The notes: generated by a model not told the origin, from the letters alone. DNA of 64,000 bases from Octopus vulgaris (GCA_951406725.2 OX597827.1:9114001-9178000), one strand, 5' to 3'. Counted from the stretch's first letter, positions 40,107-54,632 are shown. Translations and numbers: made by a program.

Positions 40107-41058
40107 TATATATATATATATACACACATATATACATGCATACACATATGTATACACACTGTAAAGTTAAGTGGTTGGCATTATGAAGGGCATCCAATCA
40201 TAGGAACCATACAAAAGATGACATTGGCATTGGAGGGTGACACAGCCTTGCAGCTCACCAGTTCCCTGTCAAGCCCTCCGACCCATGCCAACATGGAAAG
40301 CAAATGTTAAAAGATGATGAAAGATGATGATGCTTATCACACATTTCAGATATTAATTTTAAACAAAACACAAATGACTACGAATGGCATCACCAATGAA
40401 ATCGACCCATGTCCTGAACTAGTGCTTTATTCTGTTGGTTCCAGAAGAATGAGCCAGCAAAGTTGACCCTGGTAATCAGCTTTGTATAAAACTGTAATCA
40501 AATGTCACAAAATATTTCATTTGTTGCTCTACATAATTCACTAATCTGGCATGCTTATATATTTTGTATTACTTTCTGATATCTGGCATGCTTATATTTT
40601 GTATTACTTTCTGATAAATGTATGAAGGCCTCTCAAAAGTATAATAAATAAAAATAAATGCCACCTTTTAAAGCCTAGCCACGCTTATGGGCCCGGTTTC
40701 CTGGTTTCAATGGTGTATTTGTTCCACAGCTGGACAGGATGCCAGTCCATTGCAGCGTTACTAATTTTTGCCAGCTGAGTGGACTGGAGCAACGTGAAAT
40801 AAAGTGTTTTGCTCAAGAACACCACGCGTTGCCCGGTCCAAGAATCGAAACCACAATCTTACGATCATGATGCTGACACCCTAACCACTAGGCCACTCGC
40901 CTCCACTCTGAAAAAGTATACATGTTATAAAATATTTTTCTCATATATTTGTGCATGCTCCAGGCTCAATTCCATAGTATGGCACCTTGAATAAGTGTCT
41001 TCTATTATATTCCTGGGCTGACCAATACCTTGTAGGGGGAAACGATGTGGAAGCCCAT

Positions 41059-41098
<40 letters not shown>

Positions 41099-41564
41099 AG
41101 TATATATATCTACATATACATAGATATAAGTATGCATATAAGTGTGTGTGTGTCTGTGTTTGTGTGTGTTCCATCTCCCACACCACTTGACATCCGGTGT
41201 TGGTTTGCTTACATTCCCATAACATAGCTATTCTGCAAAAAAGATACCGCTACAATAAATACCTATTTCTTTACTGTCCACAAGGGGCTAAACACTGAGA
41301 AGACAAACAAGGACAGACAAACGGATTCCCGAAAGGATGAAAGGCAAACTCGACCTCGGCGGAATTTGAACTCAGAACGTAGCGGCAGACGAAATACGGC
41401 TACGCATTTCGCCCAGCGTGCTAACGTTTCTGCCAGTTCACCGCCTTACCAGAGATTAAAAGATAAGTACGAGTTTAGTAGATTTATTAAACTCAACCCG
41501 TCAAAGCAGTGCCCTAGAATGGCCGCAGTTCAATGAATGAAACAAGAAATAAAAAATATATATA

Positions 41565-42124
41565 GGGGCAGGAGTGGCTATGTGGTAAGTAGCTTGCTTA
41601 CCAACCACACGGTTCCGGGTTCAGTCCCACTGCGTGGCACCTTGGGAAAGTGTCTTCTACTATAGCCTCGGGCCGACCAAAGCCTTGTGAGTGGATTTGG
41701 TAGACGGAAACTGAAAGAAGCCTGTCGTATATATATATATGTATGTGTGTGTTTGTGTGTCTGTGTTTGTCCCCCCCAACATCGCTTGACAACCGATGCT
41801 GGTATGTTTACGTCCCTGTTACCTAGCAGTCCGGCAAAAGAGACCGATAGAATAAGTACTAGGCTTAATAAGTCCTGGGGTCGATTTGCTCGACTAGAAG
41901 GTGGTGCTCCAGCATCACTGCAGTCAAATGACTGAAACAAGTAAAAGAGAAAAAAAGAGGAGTGGCTGTGTGGTAAGTAGCTTGCTAACCAACCACATGG
42001 TTCCGGGTTCAGTCCCACTGCGTGGCATCTTGGGCAAGTGTCTTCTACCATAGCCTTCGGGCCGACCAAAGCCTTGTGAGTGGATTTGGTAGACGGAAAC
42101 TGAAAGAAGCCTGTCGTATATATG

Positions 42125-42161
<37 letters not shown>

Positions 42162-42365
42162 CTGTGTTTGTCCCCCTAGCATTGCTTGATAACCGATGCT
42201 GGTGTGTTTACGTCCCCGTCACTTAGCGGTTTGGCAAAAGAGACCGATAGAATAAGTACTGGGCTTACAAAGACTAAGTCCCGGGTTCGAGTTGCTCGAT
42301 TAAAGGCGGTGCTCCAGCATGGCCGCAGTCAAATGACTGAAACAAGTAAAAGAGAGAAAAAAAAA
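41565..42365 (+). mobile_element. Two tandem SINE family A copies
   Basis: Copies at about 41565-41955 and 41957-42365; the second begins in the A-rich tail of the first. Confidence 0.9.
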
Positions 42366-42694
42366 AGAGAATATACGTAAAAGCTTTCCTATGCATCCGT
42401 ATTAGGTATCACATTAATTTACTCAGGCGAAACACGTAGGTTTCAAGCAATTCACATTGGATGTAAGGGAGAGAACTAATTTGTGACTAAACAGACAAAA
42501 CCGTTTCCAGCTGATATTTCGACGGTGAAGTCGCTAATTTCAGCCTGTATAAAACGAATGCAAAATGCATTACCTTTCAAGACGATATTTCTTAGGAAAT
42601 ATACTGAAGTATTTAAGAACTTGGAAGGAATTAGTAGAATAGATAATTAATCTTTAATTAACCTTTTTCTTTCTACATTTCCATTTAAAATTAC

Positions 42695-43530
42695 GGATCT
42701 TTTCGGTTTGAACGACAGTTTTTTTTAAATAACTTCCACAGGAGTGGCTGTGTGGTAAGTAGCTTGCTAACCAACCACATGGTTCCGGGTTCAGTCCCAC
42801 TGCGTGGCATCTTGGGCAAGTGTCTTCTGCTATAGCCCCGGGCCGACCAATGCCTTGTGAGTGGATTTGGTAGACGGAAACTGAAAGAAGCCTGTCGTAT
42901 ATATGTATATGTATGTATATATATATGTATATATATATATGTATGTGTGTCTGTGTTTGTCCCCCTAGCATTGCTTGACAACCGATGCTAGTGTGTTTAC
43001 GTCCCCGTCACTTAGCAGTTCGGCAAAAGACACCGATAGAATAAGTACTGGGCTTACAAAGAATAAGTCCCGGGGTCGATTTGCTCGACTAAAAGGCGAT
43101 GCTCCAGCATGGCCACAGTCAAATGACTGAAACAAGTAAAAAGAGAAAGAAAGATAACTAAACATTTTTAAACTTCGTATACTGGTAGAATGTGTTTATA
43201 AAACATCTTTTTCTCTTGGCTTTCTTGAGAAAATTCTATAGTTTGTGAGATATTTGTTGTTTTTTTCTTCAATTTTTTGCAATTTCAACCAATCAATGAC
43301 GTCTATTGAGGTGAAAGCATTCTGTGCCGTATGAATATGTACCTCGTTTAAGAAACAGATTGGGTTTATTTACATTTGCGAAGAAAAAAAGATACCCTTC
43401 CCCCCAACCCTAACTAACCCTAACCCTAAAACAGATTGAAATGCAATAGATCGATACTAGGGTTATAATTATGGGTGACTATTTCATATGACACCGCTAG
43501 GAAAAACTGCCGTTCAAACCGAAAAGATCC
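42695..43530. mobile_element. Second copy of the GGATC-TIR MITE, interrupted by a SINE (about 42739-43150)
   Basis: Same TIRs and body as 12962-13382; contains CCCTAA repeats at about 43405-43428. Confidence 0.85.
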
Positions 43531-43835
43531 CATTTCCATTTAAAATTAATTATCTAATTAATTTTGAAAATAATGACGAATTTCGCAAACTAACTTTGTC
43601 ATTAATAAGCTAGTGTTTGGGATTTAAATAAACATGAAAGTTTGCAAGAAGGTTTCATTTTAGATCGCTTTAACATGAACTTTGCATCCCGAAACCAGGA
43701 GTGGTCTCAGATAGGTTGGTAATTAAGAGGCTTTAGGATGGTATCTGTCTTGTGAGTGAATTCTGTAGATGGAAATTGTACGGAAGCCCCAACCCCAATA
43801 CTTGTTTTTTTTTTTAAATAATGATGCATATACTC

Positions 43836-44042
43836 TCAGTCCTCTTTGCCAAACCTCTAAGTTATGGGGATGTAAACAAACCAACACTGATTAGTAAGTG
43901 GAGCAGAGGAACACAAATATGAAGACACACACACACATGCACACACAAACACACATGCAATTATTTTTGTTTGTTTTAGCCATTGGACTGTGACCATGCT
44001 AGAGCAACACTTCAGGAATTTTAGTCAACCCCAGTACTTTTT

Positions 44043-44085
<43 letters not shown>

Positions 44086-44188
44086 ATGTGTGTGCGTGTT
44101 TTCATATTTGTGTTCCTCTGCTCCGCTTGCTAATCAGTGTTGGTTTGTTTACATCCCCATAACTTAGAGGTTTGGTGAAGAGGACTGA
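43836..44188. repeat. Inverted pair of SINE-derived fragments (~110-bp arms)
   Basis: 43836-43946 is approximately the reverse complement of 44078-44188. Confidence 0.85.
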
Positions 44189-44579
44189 TAGACTAAGTAT
44201 CAGAAAATAAGGTGGTGAGCTGGCAGAAATGTTAGCATGCCGGTCGAAATGCTTAGTAGTATTTCGTCTGCCTTTACGTTCTGAGTTCAAATTCTGCCGA
44301 GGTCAACTTTACCTTTCAGCCTTTCGGAGTCGATAAATTAAGTCCCAGTCATGCACTGGGGTCAATGTAATCGACTTAATCCCTTTGTCTGTCCTTGTTT
44401 GTCCCCTCTATGTTTAACCCTTATGGGTAATAAAGAAATAAGAATAAGTATCAGAATATAAAAAAAAAACAAGTATTGAGGTTGATCTGTTCAACTAAAC
44501 CCTTTATAGCAGTGTCCCACTATGGCTGCAGCCCAATGACTCTATCATATGGAAGATAAAGATAGATTAGAAAACTTAA

Positions 44580-44798
44580 CCCTTTAGCATTCAGTTCACT
44601 CAGCCAAATGTAATGCTTGTTAATTCACATTGTTTTGAATTAATCATCCATCATCTCATAGCTTTTAGATTTCAATAATATGATCGTTTATTCTTAAACT
44701 GACATTGTAAGGTAGGTGTGAGAAGCTGGATCTGGCCAATTTAATATAAAAGATATAGAATATTTTTGCTGAGTATGACTGGTTTAAATGCTTAAGGA
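44580..44798. mobile_element. piggyBac-type MITE (degenerate)
   Basis: TTAA|CCCTTTAGCATT ... AATGCTTAAGGA|TTAA; about the same length as the element at 409-628. Confidence 0.6.
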
Positions 44799-45977
44799 TT
44801 AACCTTACATATAAGTATTTTTAATTGTATGGTTCTATATCACAGAAGCAGGAACAATCTCATTGACTCCTTTGGTACCAACCATTATTGTCATCCAGTG
44901 GAGGCACATGGCCTAGTGGTTAGAGCAGTGGACTCGTGGTCGAGGGATCGCGGGTTCGAATCTCAGACCGGGCGATGTGTGTGTTTATGAGCGAAACACC
45001 TAAGCTCCACGCAGCTCCGGCAGAAGGTAATGGCAAAACTTCTGCTGACTCTTTCGCCACAACTTTCTCTCACTCTTTTCTCCTGCATCTTGCAGCTCAC
45101 CTGCGACGGACCGGCGTCCCGTCCAGGTGGGGAACCTATACGCCAAGAAACCAGGAAACCTGGCCCTTATGAGCCTGGCATGGCTCAAGAATGAACAAAC
45201 AAAAACATTATTGTCATCCAAGAGATGAAGATTGTAGCTACTCACAAAGGAGCAATTAAGAATTAATGATTTAATTATTCCACTGACATGCCTAACGTTC
45301 TAACATCATTGAGAAAAGCATGAACATCACAACTTCTTATTTTCTTTGATGGTAGTTTGCTTTATAGCTTTTAAGTTTTATCAGTTTTGCTGAAGACTTG
45401 GTCTTCATGTTGTGATTCATAAAATAGAACTGGACTCCATATTCCTTACATTCCTCAAAATTGTATGAACACTTCTGAGAAGACTTGAATCTAAAACTGT
45501 TATATATAATGATGAACAATATCTCCATTTGAAAATTACTATTTGTAAATCTCACAACGAGAGATATTCAGCAACAGTACTTTGGAGTAAAGATTATTTG
45601 CCAACATAACATGGCAGTCCTGATTTAGGACGAAGGTTGCTGTAATTTAGCCCCAGGAGACATCGTCTCCAGCTGGCTATATGACATAATCTGTGTCCTT
45701 ATATTCCCATGTTCGAATCAGGGCTAACGTACAACAATATAAAATAACAGTAATATCTCTTGTGTAGGTAAACTCAGTAACTGTTAAATGTAGGTGTCCT
45801 GGACACTGACATGATGGACATAGGCTGGGAAACAGGGGGTGCAAGGTGGGGGGGCAAGTGTACCCCCTAAAATTTTGTGGGGAAATGAAAATACTTTGAA
45901 CACTCTCCTGAAAAACTGAGTTTGCATCCCCTAAGCAAATTTCGTTCCCACACTTATGATAATGGAATGAAACCAAA

Positions 45978-46019
45978 GACAGTAGTAGTAGTGGCTACGG
46001 CGGCGGTGATGCGGTGATG

Positions 46020-46058
<39 letters not shown>

Positions 46059-46172
46059 ATGACAACGGTAGTGGTAGTGATGGTAATCGTAGTTGCGGTG
46101 GTGGTGATGACAGTGGTGGTAGAAGTAAGGGTGAAAGTAGTAGTAGTGGCTACGGCGGCGGTGATGCGGTGA

Positions 46173-46213
<41 letters not shown>

Positions 46214-47160
46214 ATGACAACGGTAGTAGTAGTGATGGTGATCGTAGTGGTGGTGGTGGTGATGGTGGTGGTGATGGTGGTGGTGATGGTGGTGATGGTG
46301 GTGATAGTGGTGATGGTGGTGGTGATGGTTTACTCTCTCTCTCTCTCCTTATTTCCTTAAATGAATAGATAAAAAAAAAGAAAACAAGAAAACCAAACTA
46401 TAAATACAAAAATCAAAAACCCAATCGATACCATTGACCATTGATCACAACAATTCCGTTCACTACTTAAATATTTTAAAAACAAATTGATTTCTTCTTG
46501 TTTGAAATTCCAGTTGTTTCCCTTTGAACTTGAATATTGCAGTAGAAGAGATAGGGAGGAAAGGGAGGAAGGGGTGGTGGTGGTGGTGGTGGTATAAGTG
46601 GGGGTGATGATGTTAGTGGTGAGGGTGGTGGTTATGGTGGAGATGGTGAAGGTGGTGATGGTGGTGATGGTCGTAGTGGTGGTGATGGTGATGATGGTGG
46701 TGGTGAGGGTGGTGGTAGTGGTGAGGGTGGTGGTAGTGGTGGTGGTGGTGGTGGTGGGGGATGGTGGTAGTGGTGGTTGTGATGGTGGTGGTGAAGGTGG
46801 GGGATGGTGGTAGTGGTGGTTGTGATGGTTAGTCACAGCTTTCATGGTGCAAGAATAGTAAGGATGGTGATGGTGGTGGTGGTGGTGGTGGTGGTGATAG
46901 CTGTGGTGGTGGTGGTGGTGGTGGTTGTGATGTTGCTATGATGATAATGGTGTAGTGTAATGGTAGTCATGTGGTCATAGTGGCATTAGTGATGATAAAA
47001 GCAATGGTATGATTGATGGTAGTGGTGGTGGTGGAGGTGGTGGGCTGTGATGGTAATGGTTATAGAGTGATTCTGCAGTGGTGATGTAGTGGCATTGATG
47101 ATGGTGATGACGATGGTAATGATGATGGTAGTGGTGATGATAATAGTAATGGTTATTGTT
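45978..47160. repeat. (GTA)/(GGT)/(GAT) compound microsatellite region
   Basis: Direct inspection; includes a duplicated GTAGTGGCTACGGCGGCGGTGATGCGGTGAT unit at about 45990 and 46143. Confidence 0.9.
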
Positions 47161-49616
47161 GATATTTTGTCCCAAATCACACCCACTTGAGCAGAATTTT
47201 GTGCTGCAACATTCCATTCAAGGCCAACCCATCTAATTTTGCACCACAATTTATCAGCACCACAATTATTCAATGTTCTTGCCATTTTTGAGGCAGTTGC
47301 ATGTAATTTGAGAGTTATTTGGCTGCTATATCTAGCACATCACGTCGAGCTGCTACACAGAGTTTTTCTTCAGTTGTGTTTTGTTGTTTAGATCTTGGTA
47401 ACCAAAGAATTCCCCAAAAATTCCATTCAAGACTATCACTTTTGGTAATTTAGTGCTGCATTGTTTAATGTATCAGTCTTAACTATTTTATGACCGTAGG
47501 ATATAATTTTCTGAGAAATTTAGCTGCTATTTCTAGCATTCTGAATGACTGAGAAGAGCTTTTTGTAGGACTGCATTGTTAAATGTCTTTGGCTTTCCTA
47601 ATTGTTTGTGTATGGTTTGAGAGTAATTTGGCTGTTATTTCTTGCAGATTAAGTAAATAGTGGCAACACTGTCAAACTGATTTTTAACTTTAGTTCAATG
47701 CCATTTTGGCAGTGGGAGAATAGTTGGGGAAAGGGCAGAGAAAATGCAGGGTTGAAAGGGTCCTTTATTTGGGCCAAGAACAAGGCAACTTCTCTAGTGT
47801 TGGTGCTATGAGAAAATGTACCCAGTATACTCTTGTACATGTGCTACTTGTACTTGCAGTGGTATTCTCCTGGGGTCAGTCGAGCCAACTTTTACCAATG
47901 AGTTCACCACATCCCTCACAAATGCTGACCACAACTGATGGTCAAAGCTGCAATGAATACCCACTCCCAGTTCTACTGCCAAAGACCATAGGTGTGATGT
48001 GCTGCTTGTGCTCCTACATCTGCCTTTACCATTGCTAGCCACATCTTCAGTTGCTCTTCAGCTTGTTTGCCCCAACAGGATTAGGGGGAACTGGGCTGGC
48101 TACCTTGTGAATGAATTTCATCCCCTGGAAGCTGATGGAGAGTATGGCTGAGTCACCTTAGACATCTTGTGCATAGATCTTGTTGCAGAGAGTTGGTGTA
48201 ACTGTATTGTCTTATTTAGGGGTTCATAAAGTTTTAGTGTTAGAAAGCACATCCAGTTGTAGGTACCCTACCAAAAATGGAAGGTATGAGAAAAATGTGG
48301 TTCCCTAACCCATCTAAGAGAGCAGTAACTCTAAATAGGAACTGCGTTGCAAAATTATGATCTATCTTGTGTGTGTCATAATTGTGTGGAGGTGCAATGG
48401 CCCAGTGGTTAGGGCAGTGGACTTGCAGTCGTAGGATCACGGTTTCGATTCCCAAACTGGACATTGTGAGTGTTTATTGAGCGAAAACACCTAAAGCTCC
48501 ATGAGGCTCTGGCAGGGGATGGTGGCGAACCCTGCTGTACTCTTTCACCACAACTTTCTCTCACTTTTTCTTCATGTTTCTATTGTACCTGTATTTCAAA
48601 GGGCCAGCCTTGTCACACTCTATGTCACACCGAATCTCCCTGAGAACTACATTAAGGGCACACATGTCTGTGGAGTGGTCAGCCACTTGCACATTAATAA
48701 ATGAGCTGTGGCATCACTGGTGCCAAGCTGTATTGGCCTTTGCCTTTCCCTTGGATAACATCGGTGGTGTGGAGAGGGGAGGCTGGTATGTGTGGGCGCC
48801 TGCTGGTTTTCCATAAACAACCTTGCCCAGACTTGTGTCAATCATGACCGAAGGGGGTCACACAAGTGTGTGTGTCAGCATGGAAAACAGATTTTAAAAA
48901 CGATCATAATGATAGTTGATTATATCAACCTCAGTACATCACTGGTATTGGTATTATTGGATGAGAATAAGGCAGTAAGCTAGCAGAATCGTTAGCCCAC
49001 CGGACAAAATGCTTAGCGGCATTTCATCTGTCTTTATGTTCTGAGTTCAAATTCTGCTGAGGTTGACTTTGCCTTGCATCCTTTCGGGGTCAATAAATTA
49101 ATTACCAGTGAAACACTGGGGTCAATGTAATTGACTGGTCCCCTCCCTCCAAAAATTTCAGGCCTCATGCCTTTAGTAGAAAGAATTATTGGATGAGAAC
49201 AGGGCAAATGTCAATTAATTTATTACTGTTGTTACTCTATGACTTATAGGAAGACACTTCGTCCTCTGCTAAGTAAAGCTCTGTAAATATGTTGGCTTGT
49301 AACTTTTCATTTTTGTGACAAATTCTTAACTTAATTTAATATTCCAGTTGTAAACACTTACTTCTTGTAATGGTAAAGTAAGTCCTTGAGAAAGACATGG
49401 GATCTTGTCTTATGAGCTACTTGGCAGCCTTACTCAACTTGGTGACATGGAAAAGCAGCAAGTACACTCTGTCGTGTGATTTGTATTAAGAAGGGTATCC
49501 AGCCATAGAACCCATGCTAAAACAAACACTGGAGCTCGATGCTGTCTTCCGACCTGTTGGCTCCTATCAGATCACCCGACCCATGCCAGCACGGGACACT
49601 GACTGATAATGGTGAT

Positions 49617-49647
<31 letters not shown>

Positions 49648-49871
49648 CTGCTGCTGCTGATGATGATGATGATAATGATGATGATGATGATGATGATTAC
49701 CCTCTCCCACCAAAAAGAGAGAAAATGAAAGGCTAAGTTGACCTTATGGAGTTTCAGTTCAGAATGCAAAGGGCCATATGTAAAATACTAGCAGGCATTT
49801 TTCTCTGATGCTCAAAAGATTCTGCCAAAACCAAATTGTTTCACCAGCCTGATATGCTGAGCTTAATTTCT

Positions 49872-50289
49872 TTCTTTTTTTATTGCCCACAAGGGGCTAA
49901 ACACAGAGGGGATAAACAAGGACAGTCAAACGGATTAAGTCGTTTACATCAACCCCTGTGCATAACTAGTACTTAATTTATTGACCCCAAAAGGATGAAA
50001 GGCAAAGTTGACCTCAGCAGAATTTGAACTCAGAACGTAACAGCTGATGAAATACCTATTTCTTTACTACCCACAAGGGACTAAACACAGAGGGGACAAT
50101 CAAGGACAGACAGACGGATTAAGTCGATTATATCAACCCCAGTGCATAACTGGTACTTAATTTATTGACCCCGAAAGGATGAAAGTCAAAGTTGACCTCG
50201 GCGGAATTTGAACTCAGAACGTAACGGCTGATGAAATACCACTGAGCATTTCGCCCGGCGTGCTAACGTTTCTGCCAGCTCGCCACCAT
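49872..50289 (-). mobile_element. SINE family B, head-to-tail dimer
   Basis: Same junction; perfect 23-bp TSD CTGATATGCTGAGCTTAATTTCT (49849-49871, 50290-50312). Confidence 0.9.
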
Positions 50290-51074
50290 CTGATATGCTG
50301 AGCTTAATTTCTCACTGATAAAAAGTCATCTTAAAGAGACTGTTAACCTATCCAGTGAAAGATTTATCTCACGTTCCACTAAACATCATGAAAATTAGGA
50401 ATCAACATCAATGCAATGGACACACAGAGCTTGTAAAAGAGAATGAAAAATATAAAGATTAGGCATTCATTGTTATGGAAAATATTTCTACAGAGAAATA
50501 TGACGAACCATTAATTTTACAAGCTCATAAGTGGAATATAACTTACACTAAATTATTGTTTTGGTCTTAAGCTTAAAGCATGAAGCATGAACTTTATTTT
50601 CTTTCCCATTTATACGAGATATTAAAGATTTCATCACTGGGTGATTTCAAATATATATATGCGGGTGAAGTTGCGGTTATTCTCCTTAAGGTGTATGTAT
50701 GTATGTGTGTATGTATGTATGTATGTATGTATGTATGTATGTATGTGTATGTATGTGTGTGTGTTTGTATGTATGTATGTATGTATATATGTATGCGTGT
50801 GTGTGTGTTTGTATGCATGTATGTATGTATTTCTGTGTGTGTATATATATATATATATATACACACACACTGACACACTCATGAACACAAACACACATAC
50901 ACATATTTATGTACATACAGATATATATATTTATACAAACACTCACATACACACATACATACTTATATACATACATTCATATATAATTATATAATATACG
51001 TAAATATAGTAAATAAAATACAAATAAATCCTTTATATATTATCTATAATATATTTCATATATACATACATACA

Positions 51075-51137
<63 letters not shown>

Positions 51138-51331
51138 ATATGTATATGTCTGTGTATATATATATATATATATCTATGTATATGTATGTATATATATATG
51201 TATATATATATGTTTATGTATATATGTGTGTATATATATATGTATATGTATATATGTGTATATATATTTATATGTATGTATATGTGTGTATATATATATA
51301 TGCATATATATATATATCATATACATGTACA

Positions 51332-51372
<41 letters not shown>

Positions 51373-52011
51373 ATATATGATATATATATATCATATACAT
51401 ATATAGGCACACATTACATAGGTATGCATGCACATAGCACATATACGAGATTATTCTTTTATTGAAAACAATTATATCCGATTTACTGCCAGAAACACTA
51501 TGATATTGGTTAATTGTATTCTATTTCCATCGGAGAAATACCAAATCTTTTTTTTTTTTTTTTTTTTTTTTTTTACTAGATGTGATTATCGTTGCCAACA
51601 ATAATCTCCAATAATCGATATAAAACAATAGTTTGATAGAGAAACTATTAATATAATCATTGATACTGTTACAACACTCAGGTAGTAATTAATATGCCAA
51701 TTGTTGATGTTGTTACTGTTTTGCTCCGGGCAGCTGTGCTATGCTAATTTTTTCTATGCCTACTTGTATGTCTACTTATCAAACTTATTGACTTTCTTTC
51801 TCCTCTCATTACTATTTTGGGCTAATTAATTACAGGGAAGAAGCCTATGTTTAGATGAGGAGTTGTAATAAGACAAAAACATGTGTGGAGTTATTTCCCA
51901 TACTTGCCAAAAAGAAAAAAACAAAAGAAAAGAAACTGATTACCATAATAATATCAATGGTTGCTTAACATTGGCTAAGGTCATCTTTTTTTTTTACTGC
52001 GTAGGTATTGC

Positions 52012-52022
52012 AATCATCGTCG

Positions 52023-52059
<37 letters not shown>

Positions 52060-52512
52060 TATCATCATCATCACCAAGATCATCATCACCATTATCCTCA
52101 TCATTATCACCACCATCATCATCATCATCATCAATATCATCGTCATCATCATCATCATCATCATCATCTTCATCACCATCATCACCAAGATCATCATCAC
52201 CATCCTCCTCATCATTATCACCACCATCATCATCATCATCATCGTCATCATCATCATCACCATTATCATTACTACCATCATCATCATCATCATCATTGTT
52301 ACTGTCATCATCGTCGTCGTCGTTGTCATCATTGTCATTGTCATCATCGTCATCAACATCATCATCATCATCATCATTGTTGTCAACGTAATATTAATGG
52401 TTAGCTAACATTAACTAGTATTATCTTTTCCATTGCATTAATATTGTGATCAACATCATCATCATTATCGATGTCATCATCATAATCATCATCATCGTCA
52501 TCATCATCATCT
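52012..52512. repeat. (ATC)n compound microsatellite
   Basis: Direct inspection; duplicated CACCAAGATCATC anchor. Confidence 0.9.
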
Positions 52513-52767
52513 ATAACCGCATTAATTAATTTTTTACATGTTACATATTTGAAAAAGCATGGACAGAAACGAAATATGATTCCTCCCCACCCCACTCCAC
52601 CCCATCCCACCCAGGTAATAAATTGTTTCGGTTCTCAATATTTTCGGTGTATTTATGAAATATTGTCAGTTTCTATGACTCAAAAAATTCTGATTTCTCT
52701 TTCTAACCGTTTCCTTGTTGCGTATCGGAATAAAGATCAGGATTTAAATGAAAGAAGCATGCAAAGA

Positions 52768-52931
52768 AGGCGCAGGAGTGGCTGTGTGGTAAGTAGCTTG
52801 CTTACCAAACACATGGTTCCGGGTTCAGTCCCACTGCGTGGCATCTTGGGCAAGTGTCTTCTGCTATAGCCACGGGCCGACCAATGCCTTGTGAGTGGAT
52901 TTGGTAGATGGAAACTGAAAGAAGCCTGTCG

Positions 52932-52964
<33 letters not shown>

Positions 52965-53184
52965 ATGTGTGTTTGTGTGTCTGTGTTTGTCCACCTAGCA
53001 TTTGCTTGACAACCGATGCTGGTGTGTTTACGTCCCCGTCACTTAGCGGTTCGGCAAAAGAGCCCGATAGAATAAGTACTGGGCTTACAAAGAATAAGTC
53101 CCGGGGTCGATTTGCTCGACTAAAGGCAGTGCTCCAGCATGGCCGCAGTCAAATGACTGAAACAAGTAAAAGAGTAAAAAGAGT
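52768..53184 (+). mobile_element. SINE family A
   Basis: Full-length match. Confidence 0.9.
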
Positions 53185-53654
53185 ATAGTGTTTCCTCTGC
53201 TATTCACCGTTATTTTATTTCGACTGAGTTTGTGCAAGACTTTTGGTGAAAATATTTGCCTTGTTTGAATATGCTGCTATGTCATTTCATTATTTACACT
53301 AACATCAGAACCGGGTTTATCCACCACTGGCAGAAAAGCCAGGCGAACAGGATCTGAATGCAGGAAATTACCAAACATCTAATCAATTATTCAGACTACA
53401 GTGTTGTTAATCATATGAATTGTATTTCTCTTTGGTAAAAGTATGTTTGCTTCTGAACAAAGCATGCCATAACAAATTTACAGCATTTCAGAGTGGATAC
53501 AAGAAAAGGGTTTTTCTTTACCTTCTCAGGATAAAAATTGTTGTGTGTATAGCTTGTATGGAGAGGATAATATGGGTTGTCTTTCCCTTGAAATTTTAGC
53601 TTTGAAATTGTAATAAAACAGCAGTAACTGAAAACATGTTTCAAATGTTGGTAC

Positions 53655-54072
53655 AAGGCGCAAGAGTGGGAATGTGTGGTAAGTAGATTGCTAACAAGCC
53701 ACATGGTTCTGGGTTCAGTCTCACTGCGTGGCATCTTGGGCAAGTGTCTTCTGCTATAGCATGGGGCCGACCAATGCCTTGTGAGTGGATTTGGTAGACG
53801 GAAACTGAAAGAAGCCCATCGTATATATGTATATATATATGTATGTGTTTGTGTGTGTGTGTCTGTGTTTGTCCCCCTAGCATTGCTTGACAACCGATGC
53901 TGGTGTGTTTACGTTCCCGTCACTTAGCGGTTCGGCAAAAGAGACCGATAGAATAAGTACTGGGCTTACAAAGAATAAGTCCCGGGGGTCGAGTTGCTCG
54001 ACTAAAGGCAGTGCTCCAGCATGGCTGCAGTCAAATGACTGAAACAAGTAAAAGAGTAAAGAGTAAAGAGTA
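53655..54072 (+). mobile_element. SINE family A with ~36-bp flanking duplication
   Basis: Full-length; flanked by AGTAACT(G/A)AAAACATGTTTCAAATGTTGGTACAAGG (53623-53658, 54069-54104). Confidence 0.9.
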
Positions 54073-54557
54073 ACTAAAAACATGTTTCAAATGTTGGTAC
54101 AAGGTCAGTAAATTTATGTGGTAGGGAGTAGTTAGTCGATTACATCAGCCCCTATTTTATTTTATTGACTCTCTCAAAACGACAAAGGGCAAAGCTGAAC
54201 TCGGTGGCATTTGAATTCAGAATACAAAGAGATAGGGGAAATAACACTAAGCATTTTGTGCCATGGGCTAAAAAATTTTACCAGCTCATTGCCATAATAA
54301 TAAAACTAATAATCCTTTCCATTAAAGGCACAAGGCCTGGAATTTTGCGGGGTGGGGGTGTCTAGTTGATTACATCGACCCCCAGTACTTGACTGGTACT
54401 TATTTTATCGACCTTCCCCACCAAAGAAAACTAAAAAACAAAAGGATGATAGGCAAAGTTGACCCCGGTGGAATTTGAACTCTGAACATAAAGATGGATG
54501 AAATACCACTAAGCATTTTACCTGGCATGCCAACAATTCTGCCAGCTTGCTGCCTTA

Positions 54558-54621
<64 letters not shown>

Positions 54622-54632
54622 TATTAATGATG

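Noticed and set aside
43405-43428. CCCTAA telomere-like repeats
   Set aside because: Only a few units, internal to a MITE and also partly present in its other copy; not a telomere or fusion site.
53522-53586. Possible minus-strand mini-exon GKDNPYYPLHTSYTHNNFYPEK with AAG|GTAAAG donor
   Set aside because: Weak AAG acceptor without a polypyrimidine tract; insufficient support.
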